DNA from: Pseudolabrys sp.
GTDB lineage: Bacteria; Pseudomonadota; Alphaproteobacteria; Rhizobiales; Xanthobacteraceae
Strand: one strand, 5' to 3'
DNA length: 64,000 nt
NCBI RefSeq assembly: GCF_050185995.1
Contig: NZ_JBFWYW010000005.1
Part shown: piece after piece, positions 1 through 9,400 of the stretch
Layout of the letters: each line of letters begins with the position of its first letter
Numbering within the stretch: the stretch's first letter is position 1
Position numbers and translations under genes: made by a program
Notes under the pieces: generated by a model
What the model was told of the DNA's origin: nothing
The model's database searches: none
What the model saw: only the letters and a program-made list of their open reading frames with translations

Positions 1-1
1 C

Positions 2-1384
2 CCGGTCTACGCGACGCCGTTCACCGCGGCGATGATCGCCGCGAAAAAGGCCGGCGAGCCGGGTGCGCCCGAGATTCCCGTCACCGTCATTCCGCTCGGC
101 GGCCGTTTCAAGGCGGGTCCGTTCGACATCGAACTCGTGTCGATGACGCATTCGATCCCTGAGTCGAACGCGCTCATCATCCGCACGCCGCTCGGCAATG
201 TGCTGCATACCGGCGACTGGAAGATCGACCCGACGCCGATCCTCAACGACCCGACCGACGAAAAGAAACTGCGCGCGCTGGGGCAGGAGGGCTGCCTCGC
301 GCTCATCGCGGATTCGACCAATGCGGTGCGCGACGGCCGCTCGCCGTCCGAGGCCGACGTCGCCAAGACCATCACGCAGCTCATCAAGGATGCGCGCGGG
401 CGCGTGGCGGTGACGACCTTCGCCTCCAATGTCGGACGGCTGAAGACGGTCGCGGAAGCCGCGCGCGCCGCCGACCGTGAGGTGGTGCTGGTCGGCCGCG
501 CGATGGACCGCGTGACGCAGGTCGCGCGCGAGTGCGGCTATCTCGACGGCGTGCCGGCGTTCCGCAGCGCCGACGCTTACGGCTACCTGCCGCCCAACAA
601 GGTGGTGGCGCTGTGCACCGGCAGCCAGGGCGAGCCGCGGGCGGCGCTGGCGCGCATCGCGTCGGACCAGCACCCCGACGTCACGCTCAATCGCGGCGAC
701 ACCGTGATCTTTTCCGCGCGCGACATTCCCGGCAACGAGAAGGCGATCGGCCGCGTCATCAACGGCCTGATCGAGCAGGGCATCGAGGTCATCACCGACC
801 GCACGCACCTCGTGCATGTTTCGGGCCATCCGCGCCGCGCCGAGGTCGAGGAACTGATCGGCTGGGTCAAGCCGCAGATCCTGGTGCCGGTTCATGGCGA
901 GGCGCTGCATCTCGCCGAGCATGGCAAGATCGGCCGCAAGGCGGGCGTGAAGACCATCATCCAGTGCCGCAACGGCGACCTGATCCGGCTCGCGCCGAAC
1001 CCCGAGATCATCGACGAACTGCCGGCCGGCCGGCTCTACAAGGACGGCCGGCTGCTGATCGACGCGCAGGCGCGTACGGTCGCGGATCGACGCCGGCTGT
1101 CTTTTGCCGGCATCATTTCGGTGGCGCTCGCCCTGACCGAGGCCGGTGAGCTGGCCGCCGATCCGGAGATCGACATGGTCGGTATTCCGGAGCGGGGACG
1201 GGACGGCGACGCGATGGCGGAGATCGTCCATGACGCCGCGCTTCAGACGTTCGAATCCCTGCCGCGCGCCCGGCGGCGCGACCCGGATTCGGTGGCGGAA
1301 TCCGTGCGGCGCGGCGTGCGCAGCGCGGTGGCCGAGCAGTGGGGCAAGAAACCGATGTGCCATGTCCACGTCCTGGCGGTATAA
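2..1384 (+). CDS. rnj: Ribonuclease J (5'-truncated by window edge)
   Basis: Frame is open from base 2 (PVYATPFT...). Motifs HSIPE, LHTGDWK, DSTNA, CTGSQGEP and HVSGH of the beta-CASP RNase J family. Confidence 0.93.
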   Translation, partial: PVYATPFTAAMIAAKKAGEPGAPEIPVTVIPLGGRFKAGPFDIELVSMTHSIPESNALIIRTPLGNVLHTGDWKIDPTPILNDPTDEKKLRALGQEGCLALIADSTNAVRDGRSPSEADVAKTITQLIKDARGRVAVTTFASNVGRLKTVAEAARAADREVVLVGRAMDRVTQVARECGYLDGVPAFRSADAYGYLPPNKVVALCTGSQGEPRAALARIASDQHPDVTLNRGDTVIFSARDIPGNEKAIGRVINGLIEQGIEVITDRTHLVHVSGHPRRAEVEELIGWVKPQILVPVHGEALHLAEHGKIGRKAGVKTIIQCRNGDLIRLAPNPEIIDELPAGRLYKDGRLLIDAQARTVADRRRLSFAGIISVALALTEAGELAADPEIDMVGIPERGRDGDAMAEIVHDAALQTFESLPRARRRDPDSVAESVRRGVRSAVAEQWGKKPMCHVHVLAV

Positions 1385-1411
1385 GAGCCGCAGTCTGAAC
1401 GGAGCGCAGAG

Positions 1412-1816
1412 ATGATCGGCCGCCTCAATCACGTTGCCATTGCGGTCAGGGACATCGCCAAGGCGAGCGAGGTCTACAAGGGCACGCTGGGCGCCGAGGT
1501 TTCGGCCAAGGTGCCGCAGCCGGACCACGGCGTCAGCACCGTTTTCATCACGCTGCCGAACACCAAGATCGAATTGCTGGAGCCGCTCGGCGACGGCTCG
1601 CCGATCGCCAAGTTCCTCGAGCGCAATCCGGACGGCGGCATCCATCACATCTGCTATGAGGTGGACGATATTCGCGCTGCGCGCGACCAGCTGAAGGCGA
1701 ACGGCGCGCGCGTGCTCGGCGATGGCGAGCCGAAGATCGGCGCGCATGGCAAGCCGGTGCTGTTCCTGCACCCGAAGGACTTCTGCGGCACACTGGTTGA
1801 ACTCGAGCAGGCTTAG
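1412..1816 (+). CDS. mce: Methylmalonyl-CoA epimerase (VOC fold)
   Basis: LNHVAIAV, KIELLEP, GGIHHICYEV, FLHPKD and LVELEQ motifs; conserved position after rnj. Confidence 0.92.
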   Translation: MIGRLNHVAIAVRDIAKASEVYKGTLGAEVSAKVPQPDHGVSTVFITLPNTKIELLEPLGDGSPIAKFLERNPDGGIHHICYEVDDIRAARDQLKANGARVLGDGEPKIGAHGKPVLFLHPKDFCGTLVELEQA

Positions 1817-1864
1817 CGCATGATCCCGAAAAGTGGGAACCGGTTTTCGGACAAGATCATGCGC
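1816..1864. repeat. Short rhizobial palindromic intergenic element (RIME/Bru-RS/CIR-like unit)
   Basis: GCGCATGATC-CCGAAAA-gtgggaaccg-g-TTTTCGG-acaa-GATCATGCGC: nested inverted repeats that start on the mce stop codon. The reverse strand reads ILSENRFPLFGIMR, the typical spurious peptide of this repeat family. Confidence 0.8.
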
Positions 1865-1881
1865 AAACTAAGAGAAATGTC

Positions 1882-2160
1882 ATGGCGTGGACCACGGCGG
1901 TCGCCATATACTTCCTGATCTGGTGGATCACGCTGTTCGCCGTGCTGCCGTTCGGCGTGCGCAGCCAGCATGAGGGAGAGGCCTTCGAACAGGGGACCGA
2001 TCCCGGCGCTCCCATCGCGGCGCGGATCTGGGCCAAGCTGATATGGACGACGATCGTCACGTCGGTGATTTTCGCGGCGCTGGCGGCGGTCTATCACTAC
2101 CGGCTGGTGACGATGGACGATCTGTTCCGACTGTTCGGCGCCGACCGGCTGATGCGCTAG
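1882..2160 (+). CDS. DUF1467 family small membrane protein
   Basis: AIYFLIWWITLFAVLPFGVRSQ...GTDPGAP motif, two hydrophobic segments, conserved mce-DUF1467-proS synteny. Confidence 0.85.
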   Translation: MAWTTAVAIYFLIWWITLFAVLPFGVRSQHEGEAFEQGTDPGAPIAARIWAKLIWTTIVTSVIFAALAAVYHYRLVTMDDLFRLFGADRLMR

Positions 2161-2213
2161 CGGGGCGCTCGCGGACAATCGCCGCCGATACCGCCGAAAA
2201 CCGGACTTTGAAG

Positions 2214-2241
2214 AAAAAAGAGCAGGGCGTTAGCCCTGCTC
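2214..2241 (-). terminator. Rho-independent terminator on the minus strand
   Basis: 9-bp stem GAGCAGGGC/GCCCTGCTC (2220-2228/2233-2241) with a 4-nt loop, next to an A6 run (2214-2219) that reads U6 on the minus strand. Confidence 0.85.
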
Positions 2242-2397
2242 CTGAAATCAGTCGCCTTGTCCATTAGCCCGCGATACGCAGCCCGTTACCGGGCGTTTCG
2301 GGGCGGCAGCGGTTCGACGCGCCGAGGACTTCCTCCCAAGACTTGGACCGCACGCTGCGGGGCCGGTTCTGGTTGCCGACATTCCGCCGTCACGGGT
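2214..2397 (-). ncRNA. Candidate trans-encoded sRNA, alpha-r9 (SmrC9)-like by position
   Basis: Has its own promoter (2403-2431) and terminator (2214-2241). Internal hairpins CCAAG-UC-UUGG, GAGG-AAGU-CCUC and GCCCG-GUAA-CGGGC. alpha-r9 is known from the interval before proS in rhizobia (recalled, not searched). Confidence 0.65.
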
Positions 2398-2402
2398 GGC
2401 AA

Positions 2403-2431
2403 ACTCTAGCCACTCGATGCCTGCTTGTCAC
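2403..2431 (-). promoter_or_regulatory. sigma70-type promoter of the minus-strand small transcript
   Basis: Minus strand GTGACA (2431-2426), 17 nt, TAGAGT (2408-2403). Confidence 0.6.
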
Positions 2432-2582
2432 CCCTGATTTGCTCCCGCGAGCGGCGCGAATGGCAGAAAGTTCCCTGCCGTGGGATTAAATTCCGCCGCG
2501 GCGGGGCTTGCCGCCTTGTCTTTTGCCGGGGGTTCCGCTTTCACTCGCGGTGACCCGACCTCAGACGATTCCGGACCCCGAC

Positions 2583-3917
2583 ATGCGCCTGTCCCGTTAT
2601 TTCCTGCCGATCCTCCGCGACAATCCCAAGGAAGCGGAAATCGTCTCGCACCGGCTGATGCTGCGGGCCGGCATGATGCGACAGGAGGCGGCCGGCATCT
2701 ACGCCTTTCTGCCGCTCGGCCTGCGGGTGTTGCGGAAGATCGAGCAGATCGTGCGCGAGGAGCAGAACCGTTCCGGCGCAATCGAACTCCTGATGCCGAC
2801 GCTGCAATCGGCGGACCTGTGGCGGGAGAGCGGACGCTACGACGCCTATGGCAAGGAGATGCTGCGCATCAAGGATCGCCACGAGCGCGAGATGCTCTAT
2901 GGACCCACAAACGAGGAGATGATCACCGACATCTTCCGCGCCTATGTGAAATCCTACAAGGACGTGCCGCTCAACCTCTATCACATTCAGTGGAAGTTCC
3001 GTGACGAGGTGCGGCCGCGTTTCGGTTTGATGCGCGGGCGCGAGTTCCTGATGAAGGATGCTTACTCGTTCGATCTCGACCAGGCCGGTGCACGGCACTC
3101 CTACAACAAGATGTTCGTCGCCTATCTGCGCACCTTCGCGCGGCTCGGGCTGCAGTCGATTCCGATGCGCGCCGACACCGGACCGATCGGCGGCGATCTG
3201 TCCCACGAGTTCATCATCCTCGCCTCGACCGGCGAATCCGAGGTGTTCTGCCACAAGGACTACCTCGACATGGCGGTGCCCGCATCCGATGTGAATTTCG
3301 ACGACGTCGCGGGTTTACAGAGTATCGTTGACCAGTGGACCTCGCACTATGCCGCGACCTCCGAGATGCATGACGCGGCCGCCTTCGCCAAGGTGCCGGG
3401 TGATGCGCAGGTCTCCGCGCGCGGCATCGAGGTTGGCCATATTTTCTATTTCGGCACGAAATATTCCGCGCCGATGAAGGCGGTGGTGCAGACCGCCGAC
3501 GGCAAGGAGGTGCCCGTTCACATGGGCTCCTACGGAATCGGTCCGTCGCGGCTGGTCGCGGCCATCATCGAAGCCTCGCACGACGATGCCGGCATCATCT
3601 GGCCGGAGGCGGTGGCGCCGTACCGCGTCGCGCTGCTCAATCTGAAGCAGGGCGCCGCCGACACCGACGCGGCCTGCGAGAAGCTCTATGCGGGCCTCAC
3701 TGCCAAGGGCGTCGAAGTGCTCTATCACGACCTCGACGAGCGGCCCGGGGCGAAATTCGCGACCGCCGACCTGATCGGCATCCCGTTCCAGGTGATGGTG
3801 GGGCCGCGCGGGCTCGCGGAAGGCAAGGTCGAGGTCAAGACGCGCGCGGGCGGCAGTCGCGAACTGATGTCGCCGGAAGCCGCGCTCGACCTCCTGTCGC
3901 GCGCTCCGTCGGCGTGA
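2583..3917 (+). CDS. proS: Proline--tRNA ligase (short alphaproteobacterial type)
   Basis: [12 protein letters not shown] start; class II motifs [25 protein letters not shown] and GSYGIGPSR. Start moved to ATG 2583. Confidence 0.96.
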   Translation: MRLSRYFLPILRDNPKEAEIVSHRLMLRAGMMRQEAAGIYAFLPLGLRVLRKIEQIVREEQNRSGAIELLMPTLQSADLWRESGRYDAYGKEMLRIKDRHEREMLYGPTNEEMITDIFRAYVKSYKDVPLNLYHIQWKFRDEVRPRFGLMRGREFLMKDAYSFDLDQAGARHSYNKMFVAYLRTFARLGLQSIPMRADTGPIGGDLSHEFIILASTGESEVFCHKDYLDMAVPASDVNFDDVAGLQSIVDQWTSHYAATSEMHDAAAFAKVPGDAQVSARGIEVGHIFYFGTKYSAPMKAVVQTADGKEVPVHMGSYGIGPSRLVAAIIEASHDDAGIIWPEAVAPYRVALLNLKQGAADTDAACEKLYAGLTAKGVEVLYHDLDERPGAKFATADLIGIPFQVMVGPRGLAEGKVEVKTRAGGSRELMSPEAALDLLSRAPSA

Positions 3918-4015
3918 AAACTGCGGCCATGAACCTGTGCGTGGCGGGGTTTATTCATCCCCGGCGATGGCACGAATCCGCCAGAATCGTGTGAAAACTC
4001 CGACTCGGAGACCTT

Positions 4016-5284
4016 ATGACCGAGCCAAGCGGCACCCGGCCGTTTTCCCCTTTTGAATGGATGCTGTCGCTGCGCTACCTGCGGGCGCGGCGCAAGGAAG
4101 GCTTTATCTCGGTGATTGCCGGGTTTTCCTTCCTTGGCATCGTGCTGGGGGTTGCGACCCTCATCATCGTCATGGCGGTCATGAACGGCTTCCGCAAGGA
4201 GCTGCTCGACAAGATTCTCGGCCTCAACGGCCACCTGCTGATCCAGCCGCTCGAGAAGCCGCTGTCGGACTGGGAGGAGGTCGCCGCTCGCATCAACAAG
4301 GTGAAGGGCATCCGGCTTGCCTCGCCGATTGTCGAGGGACAGGCGCTTGCATCCTCGCCATTCAATGCCGGCGGCGTGCTCGTGCGCGGCATCCGGCTGA
4401 TGGATCTGCAAAAGCTTCCCTCGATTTCCAAGAACATCAAGCAGGGCACGCTTGAGGGCTTTGACGAGGGGCAGGGCGTCGCCATCGGGCGGCGGCTCGC
4501 CGATCAACTGTCGCTGCGCGCAGGCGATAACATCTCGCTGGTCGCGCCACGCGGCGCGGTGACGCCGATGGGCACGACGCCGCGCATCAAGGTCTACAAG
4601 GTCGCGGCGGTGTTCGAGATCGGCATGTCGGAATATGACGGCGCCATCGTCTTCATGCCGCTGAAGGAAGCGCAGGCCTACTTCAATCGCGCCGGAGATG
4701 TCACCGCCATCGAGGTCTATACCGACGATCCCGATCATATCGACCACTACCGCAAGCTCGTTACCGAGGCGGCGCAACGCCCGATCTTCATGATCGACTG
4801 GCGGCAGCGCAACGCGACGTTCTTCAACGCGCTGCAGGTCGAGCGCAACGTGATGTTTCTGATCCTGACGCTGATCGTGCTGGTCGCCGCGCTCAACATC
4901 GTCTCGGGTCTCATCATGCTGGTGAAGGACAAGGGGCAGGACATCGCGATTCTGCGGACCATGGGCGCGACGCAAGGGTCGATCATGCGTGTGTTCCTGA
5001 TCACCGGCGCTTCGATCGGCGTGGTCGGCACCATCGTCGGTTTCCTGCTCGGCGTGGTGGTGTGCCTGAACATCGAGTCGATCCGGCAGTTCCTGTCCTG
5101 GCTGACCAACACCGAACTGTTCTCGCCGGAGCTTTATTTCCTGTCCAAGCTGCCAGCCGACATGGATACCGGCGAAACCGCCGCCGTCGTGGTCATGGCG
5201 CTGACGCTGTCGCTGCTCGCGACGCTCTATCCGTCGTACCGCGCGGCCCGGCTCGATCCGGTCGAGGCGCTGCGTTATGAGTGA
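4016..5284 (+). CDS. lolE: Lipoprotein-releasing ABC transporter permease (LolC/E type)
   Basis: [25 protein letters not shown] and [19 protein letters not shown] motifs. Confidence 0.93.
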   Translation: MTEPSGTRPFSPFEWMLSLRYLRARRKEGFISVIAGFSFLGIVLGVATLIIVMAVMNGFRKELLDKILGLNGHLLIQPLEKPLSDWEEVAARINKVKGIRLASPIVEGQALASSPFNAGGVLVRGIRLMDLQKLPSISKNIKQGTLEGFDEGQGVAIGRRLADQLSLRAGDNISLVAPRGAVTPMGTTPRIKVYKVAAVFEIGMSEYDGAIVFMPLKEAQAYFNRAGDVTAIEVYTDDPDHIDHYRKLVTEAAQRPIFMIDWRQRNATFFNALQVERNVMFLILTLIVLVAALNIVSGLIMLVKDKGQDIAILRTMGATQGSIMRVFLITGASIGVVGTIVGFLLGVVVCLNIESIRQFLSWLTNTELFSPELYFLSKLPADMDTGETAAVVVMALTLSLLATLYPSYRAARLDPVEALRYE

Positions 5285-6008
5285 GGTCGCCGACCACACG
5301 GCGACGCAAGCCTCCGCGCCGTCCGAGGATGTGCCGCTGATCTTCCTGCATCAGGTCGAGCGGCATTACCGGCAGGGCGAAGACACGCTGCACATTCTCA
5401 AGGGCGCCGAACTTGCGGTATGGCCGGGTGAATCGGTCGCGCTGGTCGCGCCGTCGGGCGCCGGCAAGTCGACGCTCTTGCACATCGCGGGCCTGCTGGA
5501 GCATCCCGACCGCGGCGACGTCTATATCGACAGCCGCTCGACCGCGCTCTTGTCGGACGCCGAACGCACCGCGATCCGCCGCAGCGATATCGGTTTCGTC
5601 TATCAGTCGCACCGGCTGTTGCCGGAGTTCTCCGCGCTGGAGAATGTCATGCTGCCGCAGATGATCCGCGGCCTGTCTCGGAACGAGGCCAAGGCGAGGG
5701 CGTCCGAACTGCTCGGCTATCTGGGCTTGGCCGAGCGCGTCACCCATCGGCCGGCGGAACTGTCCGGTGGCGAGCAGCAGCGGGTGGCGATTGCCCGGGC
5801 GGTCGCCAACGCGCCGCGCGTGCTGCTTGCCGACGAGCCGACCGGAAACCTCGATCCGGGAACCGCCGACCGGGTGTTCAACGCGCTGACCCAGTTGGTG
5901 CGGGCCTCTGGCCTCGCCACCATCATCGCCACTCACAACATGGACCTGGCGGCCCGGATGGACCGGCGCGTGACCTTGCGCAACGGCATCATCGAGGAAA
6001 TGCCCTAA
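5277..6008 (+). CDS. lolD: Lipoprotein-releasing ABC transporter ATPase
   Basis: Walker [10 protein letters not shown], signature [25 protein letters not shown]; overlaps the lolE stop. Confidence 0.93.
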   Translation: MSEVADHTATQASAPSEDVPLIFLHQVERHYRQGEDTLHILKGAELAVWPGESVALVAPSGAGKSTLLHIAGLLEHPDRGDVYIDSRSTALLSDAERTAIRRSDIGFVYQSHRLLPEFSALENVMLPQMIRGLSRNEAKARASELLGYLGLAERVTHRPAELSGGEQQRVAIARAVANAPRVLLADEPTGNLDPGTADRVFNALTQLVRASGLATIIATHNMDLAARMDRRVTLRNGIIEEMP

Positions 6009-6050
6009 CTCATTGAATTTGAAGGGGATAGCGCCTCCCACAGACTCCGG

Positions 6051-6092
6051 TTGACATGAGAACAAACAACGAACTATGTTCTCTCTCCGTTC
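6051..6092 (+). promoter_or_regulatory. sigma70 promoter overlapped by two LexA (SOS) boxes
   Basis: TTGACA 6051-6056, 18 nt, TATGTT 6075-6080. GAAC-N7-GAAC 6060-6074 and GTTC-N7-GTTC 6078-6092 both match the alphaproteobacterial LexA consensus. Confidence 0.88.
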
Positions 6093-6132
6093 TAGTCGAG
6101 TCCATACAGTCCGTATCGATGGGGAGGTCGTT

Positions 6133-6231
6133 ATGTTCCGTGCACTGGTTCAGGAAGCCGCCGCGCTTGCCTCGCTGACGCTGTTTCTGGGCATGATTGC
6201 GATCTGGTCGCAGGTTCTGACGACCATCTAG
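6133..6231 (+). CDS. Unannotated 32-aa hydrophobic protein MFRALVQEAAALASLTLFLGMIAIWSQVLTTI, candidate SidA-like SOS cell-division inhibitor
   Basis: SD GGGGAGG 6121-6127, ATG 6133, TAG 6229-6231. One TM-length hydrophobic stretch, a LexA-boxed promoter and a position just upstream of dnaE. Confidence 0.8.
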   Translation: MFRALVQEAAALASLTLFLGMIAIWSQVLTTI

Positions 6232-6412
6232 GTTGCGCCCGGCGGGCTTGCCGGATGGCCGGGCCCGCCACGCTGGGGATATCCGGCAAAGTCCGGCTTA
6301 GGCTGGCCGCCGCGGTGGATAGGCGGTGGACAGTGCGGCCCCGAGGCCGCACGGTCTCAGGCAGCGGGAATCGCTCCCCGTCTGATCTTGCCGGACATCC
6401 CTGAGGTTTTTC

Positions 6413-9400
6413 GTGGCCAAATCTGAGGTCAGCAGCCCCGATTTCGTGCATCTGCACGTCCATTCGTCCTATTCGCTGCTCGAGGGCGCGCTGACCATCG
6501 GCCGGCTCGCCGAGCTTGCCAAGGCGGACCGGCAGCCGGCGCTGGCGCTGACCGACACCGACAACATGTTCGGTGTGCTGGAATTCTCCGAAAAGATGGC
6601 GGGCTCCGGCATCCAGCCGATCGTCGGCTGCGCGCTGGCGGTCGACTTCGGCGACTTCGACAAGAACGGCCACAACGGTGGACGCAACGGCGCGCCGACC
6701 CATGCGCCGGACCACGGCCGCATCGTCCTGCTGGCGGCGCGCGAGGCCGGTTACCGCAGCCTGATGCGGCTCAACTCGCGCGCCTTCCTCGAAACGCCGT
6801 CCAACGAGCGGCCGCACATCAAGCTCGTCTGGCTCGACGGCGAAAGCGACGGGCTGATTGCGCTGACCGGAGGCTTAAGCGGCCCGCTCAACGCCGCCAT
6901 CGCCGCCGGCCAGCCGCAGCTTGCCGCGCAACGCCTCGCGGCGTTGCAGGCGCTGTTCGGCGATCGGCTTTATGTCGAGTTGCAGCGCCACAACATGGAG
7001 GCCGAGCGCGCCGCGGAAGCTGCGTTGATCGAACTCGCCTACGCCAACGGCATTCCGCTCGTCGCCACCAACGAGCCGTTCTTCGCCAAGCAGAGCGATT
7101 ACGAGGCGCATGACGCGCTGATCTGCATCGCGCAGGGGCGCATGGTCGCAGAAACCGACCGGCGTCAGCTCACGCCGGAATACCGTTTCAAGACCCGTGC
7201 GGAGATGGTCGCGCTGTTCGCGGATCTGCCGGAAGCGATCGAGTCGACGGTCGAGATCGCGCGGCGCTGCGCGTTCCGTCCGAAGACGCACAAGCCGATC
7301 CTGCCGCGATTTGCGACCGGCGAGGGGGATGCCGCCGACGAGGCGTCCGAGTTGCGCAAGCGCGCCGAGGACGGCCTTGCAAAGCGCATCGCGGCGCACG
7401 GGCTTGCGCCGGGGGAGACCGAGCAGAGTTACCGCGAGCGGCTCGACTTCGAGATCGCCGTCATCGAGCGGATGAAATATCCCGGCTACTTCCTGATCGT
7501 CGCCGACTTCATCCAGTGGGCGAAAGCGCAAGGCATTCCGGTCGGGCCGGGCCGTGGCTCGGGCGCCGGCTCGCTCGTCGCCTATGCGCTCACCATCACC
7601 GATCTCGATCCAATCCGCTTCGGTCTGCTGTTCGAGCGCTTCCTCAATCCCGAGCGCGTCTCGATGCCGGACTTCGACGTCGACTTCTGCCAGGACCGCC
7701 GCGACGAGGTGATCCGCTACGTGCAGGAGCGTTACGGGCGCGATCAGGTCGCGCAGATCATTACCTTCGGCACGCTGCAGGCGCGTGGCGTGCTGCGCGA
7801 CGTCGGCCGCGTGCTGCAGATGCCCTACGGGCAGGTCGACAAGCTCTGCAAGCTGGTGCCGCAGAACCCGGCAGCGCCGATCTCGCTCAAGCAGGCGATC
7901 GAGAGCGAGCCGAAGCTGCAGGCCGAGCGCGACGCCGAGCCGGTGGTGAAGCGCGCCTTCGACATCGCGACCAAGCTCGAGGGCTTGAACCGCCACGCCT
8001 CGACGCATGCCGCCGGCATCGTCATCGCCGACCGGCCACTGGCCGAGCTTGTGCCGCTCTATCGCGATCCGAAGTCGGACATGCCGGTCACCCAGTTCAA
8101 CATGAAGTGGGTCGAGCAGGCGGGACTGGTGAAGTTCGACTTCCTCGGCCTCAAGACACTCACTGTCCTGCAAACGGCGGTGAAACTCGTCAAGCGTCGC
8201 GGCATCGACATCGATCTCGCCGCCATCCCGCTCGATGACGCGAAGACCTACGAGTTGCTGGCCAAGGCCGAAGCGGTCGGCGTGTTCCAGCTGGAAAGCG
8301 CGGGTATGCGCCGCGCGTTGCTCGACATGCGGCCGGACCGTTTCGAGGACATCATCGCGCTCGTCGCGCTCTACCGGCCGGGTCCGATGGCGAACATTCC
8401 GACCTATTGCGCACGCAAGCATAATCTCGAAAAGCCGGATTACATCCACCCGAAACTGGAAACGGTGCTGCGCGAGACCTTCGGCGTCATCGTCTATCAG
8501 GAACAGGTGATGCAGGCCGCGCAAATCCTTGCCGGCTATTCGCTCGGACAGGCGGACCTGCTTCGCCGCGCGATGGGCAAGAAGATCCGCTCCGAGATGC
8601 AGGCGCAGCGCAAGGATTTCGTCGAGGGTTGCGTTGCGCGCAGCATCGACCGCTCGCAGGCCGACGCGATTTTCGATCTGCTCGAGCGCTTCGCCGAATA
8701 CGGCTTCAACAAGAGCCACGCCGCAGCCTACGCGCTGGTCGCCTATCAGACCGCCTATATGAAGGCGAATTATCCGGTCGAGTTCATCGCGGCGTCGATG
8801 ACGCTCGACATGGGCAACACCGACAAACTGTCCGAATTCCGTGCAGAAGCGGAACGGCTCGGCATTACGGTCGCCCCGCCCTCGGTCAACCGCTCCGACG
8901 TGACGTTCGAGGTCGAGGGCAACACGATCATCTATGCGCTCGCGGCGCTCAAGGGCGTCGGCACGCAGGCCGTCGAGGCGGTCGTCGCCGCGCGGCAACA
9001 GGGACCGTTCAAGGATCTCGCCGACTTTGTGTCGCGCATCAATCCGCGCGCGGTGAACAAGCGCGTGCTGGAAAGTCTCGCGGCGGCGGGCGCGTTCGAT
9101 ACGCTCGAGGACAACCGCGCGCGTGTCTTCGGCGCCGTCGACATGCTGCTGTCGCGGGCGCAGCGCGCGCACGAGACGGCGGCGGTCGGACAGAGCGAAT
9201 TGTTCGGCGGCAGCGGAGGGGCCAGCGAAGGCTTGCCGCTCCCCTCGGTCGAGCCGTGGCTGCCGGCGGAGCGTCTGCGCCGTGAATACGAAGCGATCGG
9301 CTTCTTCCTCTCCGGCCACCCGCTCGATGACTATGTCGAAGTGCTTAAGCGCATGCGCGTGCAATCCTGGGCAGAGTTCTCCAAGGCCGTGAAGGCCGGC

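Noticed and set aside
1813-2178. Minus-strand ORFs ending or starting with ILSENRFPLFGIMR
   Set aside because: Translation of the palindromic repeat plus antisense DUF1467; a known artefact.
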